From the NCBI GenBank assembly GCA_964106915.2, contig OZ066914.1: a stretch of 64,000 nt of DNA. One strand, given 5' to 3'. Position 1 is the stretch's first letter; every line of letters begins with the position of its first letter. Below, one piece after another: positions 22,701-36,700 of this stretch. The translations under genes were made by a program, and so were the position numbers. The notes under the pieces were generated by a model, which saw only the letters and a program-made list of their open reading frames with translations, did no database searches and was not told the origin of the DNA. Source of the stretch: Podarcis gaigeae. Taxonomy: Eukaryota.

Positions 22701-25700
22701 AAAATGAAAATAATAGAAGCTCCACATAAGCTCTAAAGCAAGGACCACTGTTAATGTTCAGTGAGGAAGGATTTATGGAAATAATACTGTAATCTATTTA
22801 GTAGAAGACTATGACAAGAATCTAGCAAGCTATTTTTGGCATACTCTAAGGCTTGTACATATGCACTAATGCATGGGTAGGCAAACTAAGGCCCAGGAGC
22901 CGGATCTGGCCCAATCGTCTTCTAAATCTGGCCCGTGGACGGTCCGGAAATCAGCGTGTTTTTACATGAGTAGAATGTGCCCTTTTATTTAAAATGCATC
23001 TCTGGGTTATTTGTGGGGCATAGGAATTCATTCATTATTTTTTTTCAAACTATAGTCCGTCCCCCCACAAGGTCTGAGGGACAGTGGACCGGCCCCCAGC
23101 TGAAAAAGTTTGCTGACCCCTGCGCTAATGCCTATTGTTTCTATACACAACATGCCCCTATGTCACATCACATGTACTTTGGACATTCCTGCTAGTTTCA
23201 AAACAGCAGTTTGGCATGGGCTTTAAGATACTGTTGTATGAGGAACTCAAGAGTAGCCCTTCTAGACTTGTGGGATTAGTTACATAGTTCTTCTGATTCT
23301 GGCCATCTGTTATATTGTGCAAATCATTGTGTTTTGCAGAAAAACCAAGTCCTCCCATTAACCTCGACCATTCTGACCAAACTATGTCATCTGTGAAACT
23401 TACATGGGAACCTCCTTTGAAAGATGGAGGCAGCCCAGTACTGGGCTACATTATTGAAAGGCGCGAAGAGGACACAGACAACTGGATCCGTTGCAACGCA
23501 AAACTTGTGCCTAGTCTTAATTATAAGGTAGTATATTCTTTTCCGAAGTAAAATGCCTATTAAGGTTTTTTTAAAAAAAATAGTGATTATTAATTATGAC
23601 ATTTTCCTCTGTCTTCATAGGTAACTGGGTTGAAACCTCTAGCCAGGTATTATTATAGAGTATCTGCAGAAAATGCTGCTGGTGTGTCAGATCCTGCTGA
23701 AGCTATTGGACCACTGACTGCTGATGATCCTCATAGTAAGTTGAATTCTAGTTTCTTGCCATAGTCAACAGCTTTAAAGGAAAGGTTGTGTTCATCTGAG
23801 ACTATTCATGCTTGTTCATAAAAGCAATACTTTAATATTGCTCTCATACGTTGGATACCAAAACCAGCCCCCCTCTCAGCAGTAAAAGTCTAAAACAGGA
23901 GTGGGGAGACCATGTGGCCCTCTTGATGTTGTTGGACCCCAGTTCCAGCCAGTATGGCCAAAGGCCAGGGATTATTAGAGTTGAAGTCAAACAACTTCTA
24001 GAGGGCCACAGGGTCTCTAGGCCTCATCTAAGCTATACTAAAATGGAGGGAAACCCTTAACATTCACTAGGTAGCACTGTTTTACATTTACAATTTGTCC
24101 TCTAAGGCTGCATTGCTAAACAAGTCAGAATTTTTTAATTTTTAAAAATTGTATTAAATTGAACATTTAGGTGTCTTTAAATTGGAGCAAGCTTATATAT
24201 CGCCTTTCTATATTGCTAATTTAATCAGATTATGAAACAGTTTTATGATGTGTTCTCAATAGATATAACGCCACGTGAAGGCATCTATAATAATGCTTTC
24301 CATTCAAACAGATTCCAAAGGCAATTGCCCTTTAATGGTGTTGTGGAGGAAAAAAGAAAGTTTATAACTTTAATCGGCATAATTTGTGTTTGTATTTCAG
24401 CTGGACCTACAATGGACTTAAGCGGATTTAAAGATGGACTGGAGGTTATTGTTCCAGATCCCGTCAAAATACGTGTTCCTATTACTGGCTATCCAGTCCC
24501 AACTGCCACATGGTCTGTCGGCGACAAAGTTTTAGAACAGGGTGACCGGGTGAAAATTGACACGTCTGCAGCCTTTGCAGAGCTTGTTATTACCCCAAGT
24601 GAACGGCCAGACAAAGGCATCTATACCTTGAAATTAGAAAACCCTGTGTCATCTGTATCAGGAGAAATCAATGTTAATGTCATTGGTGAGAAATCCAGTA
24701 TATATTCTGAAGAATTGTATATAACCTGTTTTGTAAATAACCATGTGTGTAAAATCCAAAAGTTTCAACAAGCCAAATTTGTTATTAATAGCACCATAGG
24801 AGCCAACTCCTAGGGCTCAAGGTCTCTGCATCCCACCCCCCAAAAAAAAAATCTGAGGGGGATGGTCCTTCCCAAAGTTGATGGACATGTGTTCGATTGT
24901 GTGGGGCAGGGCTTATCTGGGCCTCCCCAATATTTTATTCAAGTTGGCACCCCTGAATAGTACTAAACAACAGCAGCATGTTTACTTATTAAATTTATGT
25001 GCTGCTTTTCCTCCCAAGAGAACCTAGGTTGGCAACTTCTATTGTACCATTTTGTTATGAAACCCTATAATACAACGGAGATCATAAACTTAGCTATTAA
25101 CAGTTAACAGTCTGTCCTAAGAATGCTTACTCAGAAGTAAGAATCCTTCTTTCTTTTTTTAAAAAATGAAGCATGAATTAAAATCTAGTAGGTGTAACCA
25201 AACAGCCAAAGTCTTCCATCAAAGAAAGAATAAGTAATATATATATATAATAATTGGTTTATAATATGATGGGTATTTATTTTTAGCTCGCCCAAGCGCA
25301 CCAAGAGAACTACAAATTGGAGAGATAACTAGGAACTCAGTCCAATTAAATTGGGAAGCTCCTGAAGATGATGGAGGAAGCCCATTGACTGGCTATCTTA
25401 TTGAAAAGCGTGAAGTGAGCCGCAAAACATGGGTCAAGGTACGCAATTTCTTTAAAAAACCAAAACACCTATATTTCTAATACGTATTGCTGAAGATGGT
25501 ATGAAATATTCTGGTGCTTGCTATGGGGAAAAAAAAGTTCTGTAATTACTTGGAACCTCTCTTGTTTTTAGGTGATCGACAACGTCCTTGACCAAGAGTT
25601 CACTGTACCAGATCTGGTTCAAGGAAAAGAATATTTGTTCAGGGTCTCAGCATGTAACAAATGTGGACCAGGAGAGCCTGCTTACATTGATGAGCCTGTC

Positions 25701-28700
25701 AACATGTCAGCACCTGCTAGTGAGTTTTCTTAATTAACTATTCCTATTGATTTTGTATATCTGCATTTTACATAGTAACTTGTTCTATGCAACATAAGTA
25801 TTGAAAGAAAGCAAGGAGTAGCGTTTGAATCAATAAGGGTTTGGTATGACTTACCTGTTGTATTAGAAAAACTGAGGCTTGGATCCAAAGATGCATAATT
25901 GGAACTATGTGCAAAAAAAATCCACACACACCCTGTTCTGCACTGCAGCCCTCTGTACCCACTGAAGAGCTGCTACTTAGTATTAAAATAAAAAGTAAAG
26001 GGACCCCTGACCATTAGGTCCAGTCGTGACTGACTCTGGGGTTGTGGCGCTCATCTTGCTTTATTGGCAGAGGGAGCCAGTGTACAGCTTCTGGGTTATG
26101 TAGCCAGCATGACAAAGCTGCTTCTGGCGAACCAGAGCAGCACACAGAAACGCCGTTTACCTTCCTGCTGGAGCGGTACCTATTTATCTACTTGCACTTT
26201 GACATGCTTTCGAACTGCTAGGTTGGCAGGAGCAGGGACTGAGCAACGGGAGCTCACCCCGTCGCGGGGATTCGGACCGCCGACCTTCTGATCGGCAAGT
26301 CCTAGGCTCTGTGGTTTAACCCACAGCGCCACCCGCGTCCCTTGCTTAGTATTAGTGGACCCTCAATTGACAGAAATCAGGGAGCCACCTTGCACAAATG
26401 GGTCTTTCCTGTTGTGCAGGGTACTTGTTGGATACTAGCCAATGTGAGAAGAGCACCCCAGAGACAGTAAAGCATTAAAAAAGCTAAGACACACTATAAG
26501 GCACACACTATATGCAAGACAATTATACATGTTCTTTCCTCCCCACTCCTTGCAGCGGTGCCCGATCCACCAGAGAATGTGAAATGGAGGGATCCAACAT
26601 CTAAGTCCATTTTCCTCACATGGGATCCACCTAAGTATGATGGCGGTTCTCGTATCAAAGGCTACCTGGTTGAAAAATGCCAGCGTGGCACTGACAAATG
26701 GGAGCCCTGTGGCGAGCCAGTCATTGAGACAAAGTAAGAGCTTGCAGTATGAAGAAAAATGTTTCACAAATATGGATGGTTACGTTTAAACACGCAGTAC
26801 GCTGAACTTGTTTTCTGATTAACAGAATGGAAGTGACAAAACTTAAGGAAGGAGAATGGTATGCTTATCGCGTGAAGGCTCTGAACAGGCAAGGAGCAAG
26901 TAAACCAAGCAAACCAACGGATGAAATCCAGGCTGTGGATGCAATGGGTAATTTTTGATTTCCCACTCATACTTAATCCATACTCTTGAAAACACTGGTG
27001 AATGTGTTTCTGCTGTTGACGCTTCTGTGTGTGGTTGCCTGTTCTTTTTTAACAATATGTCGATTCTTCTCTCAAATCAGAGGCCCCTGAGATTTTCCTA
27101 GATGTGAAACTGCTTGCTGGAATCACTGTCAAAGCTGGAACTAAGATAGAGCTGCCGGCAAGGGTGAATGGAAAGCCCGAGCCACGGATTAGCTGGGCAA
27201 AAGCTGAACAGACCCTGAGACCCGATAAAAGAATAACCATTGAATCCAAACCTAACCATTCCACAGTCATAATAACAGAGAGCATGAGAAGTGACAGCGG
27301 CACCTATATTATTGAAGCCGTAAATGCCAGCGGTCGGGCAACAGCTACAGTTGAAGTTAATGTCCTAGGTATGTTTTGTTTCCATAGAAATAACTTTCAA
27401 TGTTTTCCTAACAAAATATTTGAGTAGAAGAGGTTCAAACTACTGTTATGCTTCCACAGATAAGCCTGGCCCACCAGCTGCATTTGATATCTCCGACATT
27501 ACAAACGTATCTTGTGCTTTGACTTGGAATCCTCCTAGAGACGACGGCGGCTCCAGAATCACAAACTACGTTCTGGAACAAAGAGCTGCAGACAGTGAAG
27601 TGTGGCACAAACTATCATCCACTATCAAAGAAACAAAATTCAAAGTAACAAACCTAACACCACTTAAGGAGTACATCTTCAGAGTCAGCGCAGAAAACAT
27701 GTACGGAGTTGGAGAACCAGCTCAGTCCGTTCCTATCGTTGCTAAATATCCATTTGGTAAGTCTATTCGCTTGACAGAAAGGGCTGTTTGTCACAAGATG
27801 GCTGCCAAGGGAGCCTGCTAAAAACTATAATGTGGTAGCCACTCCACATGGCATGGCATTGATAGGTACCACTTCTCCATGTGGGTCGGTCCCCACCATA
27901 ATGTTTGTCTCCACACTATCATTGGTGACATGGAGATAAGCCTGTGGGTAAGGGTCAGTATTTATGGCAAGCTGGTACACATAAACTGCTTGTCAGGTGG
28001 AACCGGCAGCAGCCACAAAGAAACAGTTTCAAGCAGCTTCTACATGGCAACTGTACGTTTCCAAGCACAATTCAAAGTGTTGGTGCTGACCTTTAAAGCC
28101 CTAAACGGCCTCGGTCCAGTATATCTGAAGGAGCATCTCCACCCCCATCATTCTACCCGGACACTGAGGTCCAGCACCAAGGGCCTTCTGGCGGTTCCCT
28201 CACTGTGAGAAGCCAAGTTACAGGGAACCAGGCAGAGGGCCTTCTCGGTAGTGGCGCCCACCCTGTGGAACGCCCTCCCACCAGATGTCAAAGAGAACAA
28301 CAACTACCAGACTTTTAGAAGACATCTGAAGGCAGCCCTGTTTAGGGAAGCTTTTAGTGTTTGGTGTATTGCAGTATTTTAATTTTTTTGGGAAGCCGCC
28401 CAGAGTGGCTAGGGAAGCCCAGCCAGATGGGCGGGGTATAAATAATAAATTATTATTATTAATTTGATGAAATGGCATTTATTGCTACAGGTGCTTCCTA
28501 TTACATTTGCATACAAGGAATTGCAAGTATGTCAATGTTCCCCTTTCTACTTCTTTGTACAGATCCGCCAGGTCCTCCGACACGAGTTCAGCCTGTTGAG
28601 ATCACTAAAGATTCTGTAACCTTGACTTGGGTAGAACCAGATGAAGATGGTGGCAGCCCTATCACTGGTTATTGGGTTGAACGGTTGGACCCTGATCAAG

Positions 28701-30691
28701 ATAAATGGGTCCGTTGCAATAAAATCCCAGTTAAAGATACGACATTCAAGTAAGATCATTATATGTTTCGTTTTAAAAAATATATAGCTAGGTAACTGAG
28801 AAGATTGCTATTTGTTTTTAGGTAAACAGCTGACTTTTATATACTCTTGAACTTGACTCCTTGTCATGCATTAGAATAAAATATTAACTGGTGCTCTGTA
28901 ATAGCATCGAATAATTGTATTGCTGTCTATTCTTTGGGTCTACAATAACCATTGAAAATATCCTTACCTAAATCATGTTCCTAACCATCCACCAGTGCCA
29001 CTGAAACGGACAACTGTACTATGGGTGTTATCAGTAGCACCAATTTCTGCTATGGAAACAGTAGTGTGATTGTGACTTCTGATGTGATTCTACATCACTG
29101 CAGCTGCTCATAAGATTAGTGCTGATATCAGAACTTCTTAGAGATGAATATAGTTTTCTGCTTTTTGAACTCCCAGTACCTTGGAAGTCAAACGGAATCC
29201 ATTCCGGAAGTCTGTTCAACTTCCAAAACTTTCAGAAACCAACATGCAGCTTCTGATTGGCTTCAGGAAGCTCCTGCAGCCAATTGGAAGCCACGGAAGC
29301 CCTGTCAGACGTTCAGGTTCCAAAAAATGTCCTCAAACCAGAACACTCACTTCCGGGTTTGTGGCGTACCAAGGCATTCAAGATCCAAGGTACAACTGTA
29401 ATATGAATTTCTAATACAAGCTAGGGATATTTATTACACCCAAGCATTATTCATCCTTAGAGTTTTAAGTAGTACCAATATATATCATCTACTAATGAAT
29501 AGTACAGAAATGCAGATTATATTACATCTGACCAGTGTCTGAGACTTTCTAGTGATACAGTAATAGGAAGGTCCTTCCTCCATGTACACAGGGAGTCTCT
29601 GGTTTGGGGTGATAGTATATATTTGCTCTGAACAGAGTCAAAGGTATTGATTTTTTTAATGCACGAGGTACACTTGTGATGATACAGAGTATTTAATTAT
29701 AGCGTTAACTAGTAATAAGTATTACAAATTTTACATTTGGAGCATTATCATCATTACTATTAGGGTTAAAGGTCTCACGTTCCATAAGAAGTACAAGTTC
29801 CGTGTCGTGGCAGAGAATCTTGCTGGGCCAGGAAAGCCAAGCAGAGCAACAGAGCCAGTCTTAGTGAAGGATCCTATTGGTATGAAAGCATTTTTCTTAG
29901 ATGAATTTTATAACTTACTCCAAGTCATAATGCTGGGTTTTCTAAACCAAGTTATCAACTCATGTCTAGATCCCCCATGGCCACCCGGCAAGCCAATTGT
30001 CAAAGACGTTGCCAAGACCTCCTGTTTCTTGAACTGGACGAAGCCAGAACACGACGGCGGTGCCAAGATTGAATCGTATGTCATTGAATTGTTAAAGACT
30101 GGCACAGACGAGTGGGTGAGAGTGGCTGAAGGCATCCCCACACCAGAACACTTCCTCAAAGGGCTTATGGAGAAACAAGAATATTCCTTCCGAGTCAGAG
30201 CTGTGAACAAAGCTGGAGAGAGTGAGCCTAGTGAGCCCAGCGATCCCGTGCTATGCAAGGAGAGACTGAGTAAGTTGGCCATTGCATTCTGCAGGAGAGC
30301 TTCTCCTGAGAGCCAGTGTGGTATAGTGGTTAAGAGCGGTAGACTCGTAATCTGGTGAACCGGGTTCGTGTCTCCGCCCCTTCACATGCAGCTGCTGGGT
30401 GACCTTGGGCCAGTCACACTTCTCTGAAGTCTCTCAGCCCCATTCACCTCACAGAGTGTTTGTTGTGGGGGAGGAAGGGAAAGGAGAATGTTAGCCTCTT
30501 TGAGACTCCTTCGGGTTGTGATAAAGCAGGATATCAAATCCAAACTCTTCTTCTTCTTCAAGTCCCAAAAGTATCAGAAGCCTGCTCCACAGTAACTTGG
30601 AGTGGGGCTTTCAGCGGGGCTGCCACTGTCTGTACTTGCAAAAGACAACTGAATATATTTTCATTTCATCCTCAGTTATTCTTTGTATTGT

Positions 30692-30733
<42 letters not shown>

Positions 30734-33700
30734 TATTATACCCCGCCCATCTGGCCGGGTGTCACTAGCCACTCTGGGTGGCTCCCAACAGAATATTAAA
30801 AACATGATAAAACATCAAATATTAAAAAACCTCCCTAAAAGGGCTGCCTTCAGATGTCTTCTAAAAGTCAGATAGTTGTTTATTTCCTTGACATCTGAAG
30901 GGAGGGCGTTCCACAGGGCGGGCGCCGCTACCAAGAAGGCCCTCTGTCTGGTTCCCTGTAACCTCACTTCTTGCAGTGAGGGAACCGCCAGAAGGCCCTC
31001 GGCACTGGACCTCAGTGTCCAGGCTGAATGATGGGGGTGGAGATTCTCCTTCAGGTATACTGTTTTTAGCTGCTTTTGTGATGTGATTGTAAACTGATAT
31101 GTTACACATGTAAAAGATGATACATCAATTAATACATCATCACTATTTCATTAGAACTATGGTTTGTGTTAAGGGTGCAATGGAAACGTTAAAACATATT
31201 CAAATTAATAATATTTTGCTTTAATATTGTTACAGATCCTCCTTCACCACCTCGATGGCTTGAGGTCATTAATATCACTAAAAACACTGCAGACCTTAAA
31301 TGGACAGTACCAGAACGCGACGGAGGTTCTCCTATTACAAATTACATCGTTGAAAAGAGAGATGTACGACGGAAAGGCTGGCAGACTGTTGATACTACGG
31401 TTAAGGACACCAAATATACAGTGACACCACTAACAGAAGGCTCTCTGTATGTATTCCGTGTGGCTGCAGAAAATGCAGTGGGGCAGAGTGACTACTGTGA
31501 AATTGAGGACTCTGTTCTTGCAAAAGACACCTTCAGTAAGTTTTCAAGTGCACACTCAGAATTCAGCTTCAGCAAACTATGTCATTGTTTTTAAATTTCT
31601 GTTTTCCTAACTATCAATATTATTTAATTTAGCTACCCCTGGAGCACCATATGCACTTACACCAGTCGAAGTGACAAAGAGACATGTCGACCTAAAATGG
31701 GAACCCCCTAAGAATGATGGTGGCAGACCAATTCTACGGTAAAAGAGAATTGTTTTTATATTTATTTTTTGTAAACCACTTAGAGGTTCAGTTTACAATC
31801 AAGNNNNNNNNNNNNNNNNNNNNNNNNNNNNNNNNNNNNNNNNNNNNNNNNNNNNNNNNNNNNNNNNNNNNNNNNNNNNNNNNNNNNNNNNNNNNNNNNN
31901 NNNNNNNNNNNNNNNNNNNNNNNNNNNNNNNNNNNNNNNNNNNNNNNNNNNNNNNNNNNNNNNNNATATTGGGAAAGAGTATAAAATCTGGGGCAGGGAG
32001 AGATGATTAATAGAGAAAATTTATTTTTAAAGGTTCCAAAGTTTATTGTGTTCATTATACACATCTATTAGATGAGCAATGTTTCAAATCTAAATGAACG
32101 ATTCGTTCTTGATTAAATCTTTCTACTTGGCCTGATCTTTTATTCCCCTTCCTTCCCTCCCCCTCCCCTTTTTATGAAGATTACCCGCTCTGGATCCCAC
32201 AGCTAATTCTCCCCTGGCCTCCTCACTGGCCCAAATAGGACTAATTTAGCCAGCTAGCCCTGGTGATCATCTAATGTTTATTGGATGGATTTCCCCCCTA
32301 AATTGATTTTTGAATTCTGAATTTATTGTTATTCACGTTTTATACTGTATTTTATGCTGTTTTCTGTTGCATCAATGAAGTGTTTTAAATTTGTTGTTAG
32401 CCACCCTGAGCCCAGTTTTCTGCACTGGGAAGGGTGGGGTATAAATAAAAAATTATTGTTGTTGTTGTTGTTTGAATTGTATGGATTCATGCACCTTATA
32501 AACATCTGTTCTTCACACAGATACGTTATTGAAAAGAAAGAGAAGCTTGGCACGCGCTGGGTGAAAGCTGGCAGAACATCAGGCCCTGACTGCAATTTCA
32601 GAGTAACAGATGTCATAGAAGGTACAGAGGTGCAGTTCCAAGTCCGTGCCGAAAATGAAGCTGGGTGTGGTCACCCTAGTGAACCGACTGACATCCTGGC
32701 AATTGAAGATCCAACAAGTGAGTTACGGACATTGGAAATTATAATCAGTGAAATATGTGTTATGCCAAATAGAACGGCAGAAAATAGCATTACTTATGTA
32801 TTCCTGCAGGCCCTCCTTCACCTCCTCTGGACTTACACGTGACAGACGCAGGAAGAAAACACATTTCGATTGCGTGGAAACCCCCAGAGAAAAATGGCGG
32901 CAGTCCTATAATCGGATACAATATAGAACTCTGTGAAGCAGGAACTGAAAAATGGATGAGAATAAATTCTCGACCAGTCAAAGATTTGAAATACAAAGCA
33001 GAAGAAGGCGTTGTCCCTGACAAGGAATATATTCTCAGGGTCAGAGCTGTCAACGCTATAGGGGCTAGTGAGCCATCAGACATATCAGAAAACGTTGTCG
33101 CCAAAGATCCAGACTGTGAGTATAGTTGTTTTCGAAACAGTCATGAAATAAATTATAAATTGTGAAATTGCTTTGGCACACTAATTGATATTATTTTTCT
33201 GTGTGTTTTCTTTTAAAAAAACACAACAGGTAATCCAACTGTTGATATAAAGACTACAGACCTCGTTGTGGTTGAAGGTGAAAAGTTAAGTATCCCTGTG
33301 CCCTTCAGAGCTGTTCCAACTCCAACTATTGCTTGGCATAAGAGTGGGAAGGAGTTGAAAGCCGGTGACCGAACAACAATGAAGAGCGACCACATCTCTG
33401 CCTTGCTGGAAGTAACAAATGCAGTCCATGCTGATGCTGGCGTTTACACTATTACCTTGGAGAATAAATTGGGTTCAACAACCGGTACAATCAATGTCAA
33501 AGTAATAGGTAATTTATTTTTCTTATACCGGCAATTATGTGAATTAGACTCATAATGGTGAATGGGTGACAAGATGCTCAGCTCTTAGTGTCAGGGACTG
33601 TGCTGAGGAGGGCTGCACTGAGGGAAAAGGTTGGGAGCCTCCCCATCCCCCTCCTCTGCATCCGGATCCTGAATCTTCCCAGGAGCAGGAGGAAAGTATA

Positions 33701-36700
33701 GATTTGGAACAGTGGTTTGCAGAGGGGCACAGTTCAGAAGGCAGAACCTGGGAAATACTGGATGAGGAACAGCTAGGAGAAGAAACACTGGAAGAGAGAG
33801 AGTTAACAGATTCACAGTCGTTGGACAGCATTCCCCCACCGCCCTCTCCAAGGTTGAGAAGAGTTCAGAAAGCGGCAGCACAGAAAGCACACAAAGCGCA
33901 GAGAGTACAAACTCAGATTACAAGACATAGAAGTGACATAGATTAATAGGGACATAAGGGGGTGGGATCCTTAATTGGGAGCACCGCCATTCCTAGGAGA
34001 TGGGTTCTTTGTTCTATCACTGTGGTTGTTAGTTTCTAACTGGTAAGACAACTCCTTTTCCTTTGTTTTGCTTATCTACTGCCACGAGGGAAGAAGCTGA
34101 TTCCCTGAAGCCTGACACTTAGCTGCTTAATTGATACATGTAACGTGAGCCAAAGCTGATATCTCCATGTGTCTAAATAGGGAGATAGGTCAACCTGAGG
34201 AATTGTAAATAATATATATAAATGTTTATCATCCATATGATTAGTGCGCACGAGTATATATATTCTTTTAATACAGTTTTCAAACCAATTTACTTAAATG
34301 CTACATGTGTACCTATTGTTCTTCAATTAGGTGTGCCTGGACCATGCAATAGTATTAAGGCAAGTGAAGTAACTAAAAATTCATGTAAAGTGACCTGGGA
34401 ACCTCCAGAATTTGATGGCAACACTCCAATTTTACATTATGTGCTGGAGCGAAGAGAAGCTGGTAGGAGAACATACATACCAGTGATGTCTGGTGAGAAC
34501 AAATTGGCATGGAATGTAAAGGATCTCATACAAAATGGTGAATACTACTTCCGCGTTAAAGCTGTTAATAAAATCGGAGGAGGTGAATACATTGAACTGA
34601 GAAATCCAGTGATTGCAGAAGATCCAAAGCGTAAGTTTTTTTTTTATGATCATCAGGACTGAAAAAGGAAAATGGTTTCTCTTTGCCTTCTATTTATCCA
34701 TTTTCTTTTAAATTTTCAATATGCAGAGCGTCCAGATCCACCTATTGACCTTGAGGTTCACAATCCAACATCGAAGTCAGTAACACTCACATGGAAACCA
34801 CCATTGTATGATGGAGGAACCAAGATTATGGGCTACGTTTTGGAAAAGTTAGTTAAAGGAGGAGAGAAGTGGGAAAGATGCAATGACTTTTTGGTTCCTC
34901 TTTTGACTTCTCCTGTGAAAGGTCTTGAGGAAGGCAAAGAATATCAGTTCCGTGTCCGTGCAGAGAATGCTGCGGGTGTCAGCGGACCTTCTAATGTCAC
35001 TCCTCTAGTGAAAGCAGTGGATCCCGTTGGTATGTTTTGCAAACTACCTATTCATTTTTAGCAAGTATTCAAATTCTGCTGTATGCTACAGTATCAAATA
35101 TAAACTAAAACAATGTTTTTATGGTTACAGAGGCTCCAAAGGTTTTCCTCGGTGCGAATCTGCAGGCTGGCCTTGAGGTGAAGCAAGGTTCTGAGATTGC
35201 ACTTGAAGCCCACATTTCAGGGTCACCTTACCCAACTATTGATTGGTTATGGAATGATGAAGTTGTTAAGCCAACAGAAATTAAGAAGAGAGTTACCAAG
35301 GTTACTAGGAAGAAGAAAGGTGAAGTTGAAGAAGATGAGCCTTTCCACTTGTCCCTGCCCGAGCGTTTGAGCATTGACAACCACAGACAAGGAGATTCTG
35401 TACTGGTCGTTCGGGATTCAATCAGACCAGATCATGGCACATATACTATTCGAGTTGAAAACGATCACGGGGTTGCAAAAGCTTCATGTGAAGTCAATGT
35501 GTTAGGTATGCCCTTATACATAATGGTGTGTGATACATTTTCTTCAGAATGTTTGAAGTGATATGTGCAAAGTCGTGCTCATTATCTTTGTTTTCAAAAC
35601 AGATACACCTGGACCACCGGTCAACTTTGTTTTTGAGGAGGTTCGTAAAAATAGCATCACTTGCAAGTGGGAGCCTCCTCTTGATGATGGCGGAAGTGAA
35701 ATATTGAACTACGTCCTTGAAAAGAAAGACAACACAAAATCCGACATTGGCTGGGTTACCGTTACTTCAACGCTTAGGCATTGCAAATATAATGTGCCTA
35801 AACTTATTGAAGGAAAGGAGTACATATTCCGTGTGAAAGCTGAGAACAGAGTAGGAGCTGGACCTCCATGTCTTTCAAAACCTGTTGTAGCTCAAGATCC
35901 ATTCAGTAAGTCTTGTACTCTATCTAAATATGTGCTTCATTCATTTTTCCCAAAAGGCACTGCCATCATCATCACCTTACACTCATATTGTACTTTAACA
36001 TTAAAACTTTAATTCTATAATGACCCAGCAGAAAAACCTTGCAGAAGGAAATGGCTAAATTACATTTGCTGATCATTGCATCTGAGTGCAACATCCTAAA
36101 AAGAAAAAGAAACAGCTAGGACAATCCATTCTAGTTGATTGTAAAACTTGCCATACCAGCCTTTTCTATTCTGTTCTTTCCTTGTGTCTTAAAGTGTGTG
36201 AAGTGGGTGGTAATTACAAATAATAAATCCTTGAGATATATGGGTACACGGAGCTGGTAAGATCATCATTGACAAAAGCAAATGCTTTAATAATCCACCA
36301 GTAAAATAAATTGCAGATGAATTCGTACATACAAAGCAGAAAAAAAGAACTGTGAAAAACATACATTTTCTTTAAGTCTTTCCATATACACAAAGCCCAC
36401 CCGCACTCTCTACAAGTTTCAAGCATGCACATCTACACGTTTAGGGTATAACACAGAGATAATAATTACATATCATGAAGGCAGTTTCGTTTTATTGGGA
36501 TGTGGCTTTCCAGGGACCAAGCTAAACTTTACTACTCACAAGGGGTTCTGAATTCACTTAAAGGCATGCTGGGAGAACCAAGCTAACTGCCCCTGCCCCC
36601 ATTTTTCATCCCAGTTTGCCCCCTTTGTGTAGTAAAGAAAAATACTTGTAACAGCTAATTTAGTAGCTCTCAGGCTGCAATCCTAGACACATTTACCTGG

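Noticed and set aside
30308-30375. tRNA gene (also 3650-3690 and the Sauria SINE heads)
   Set aside because: tRNA-like boxes continue into SINE bodies with simple-repeat or LINE-derived tails; no complete cloverleaf.
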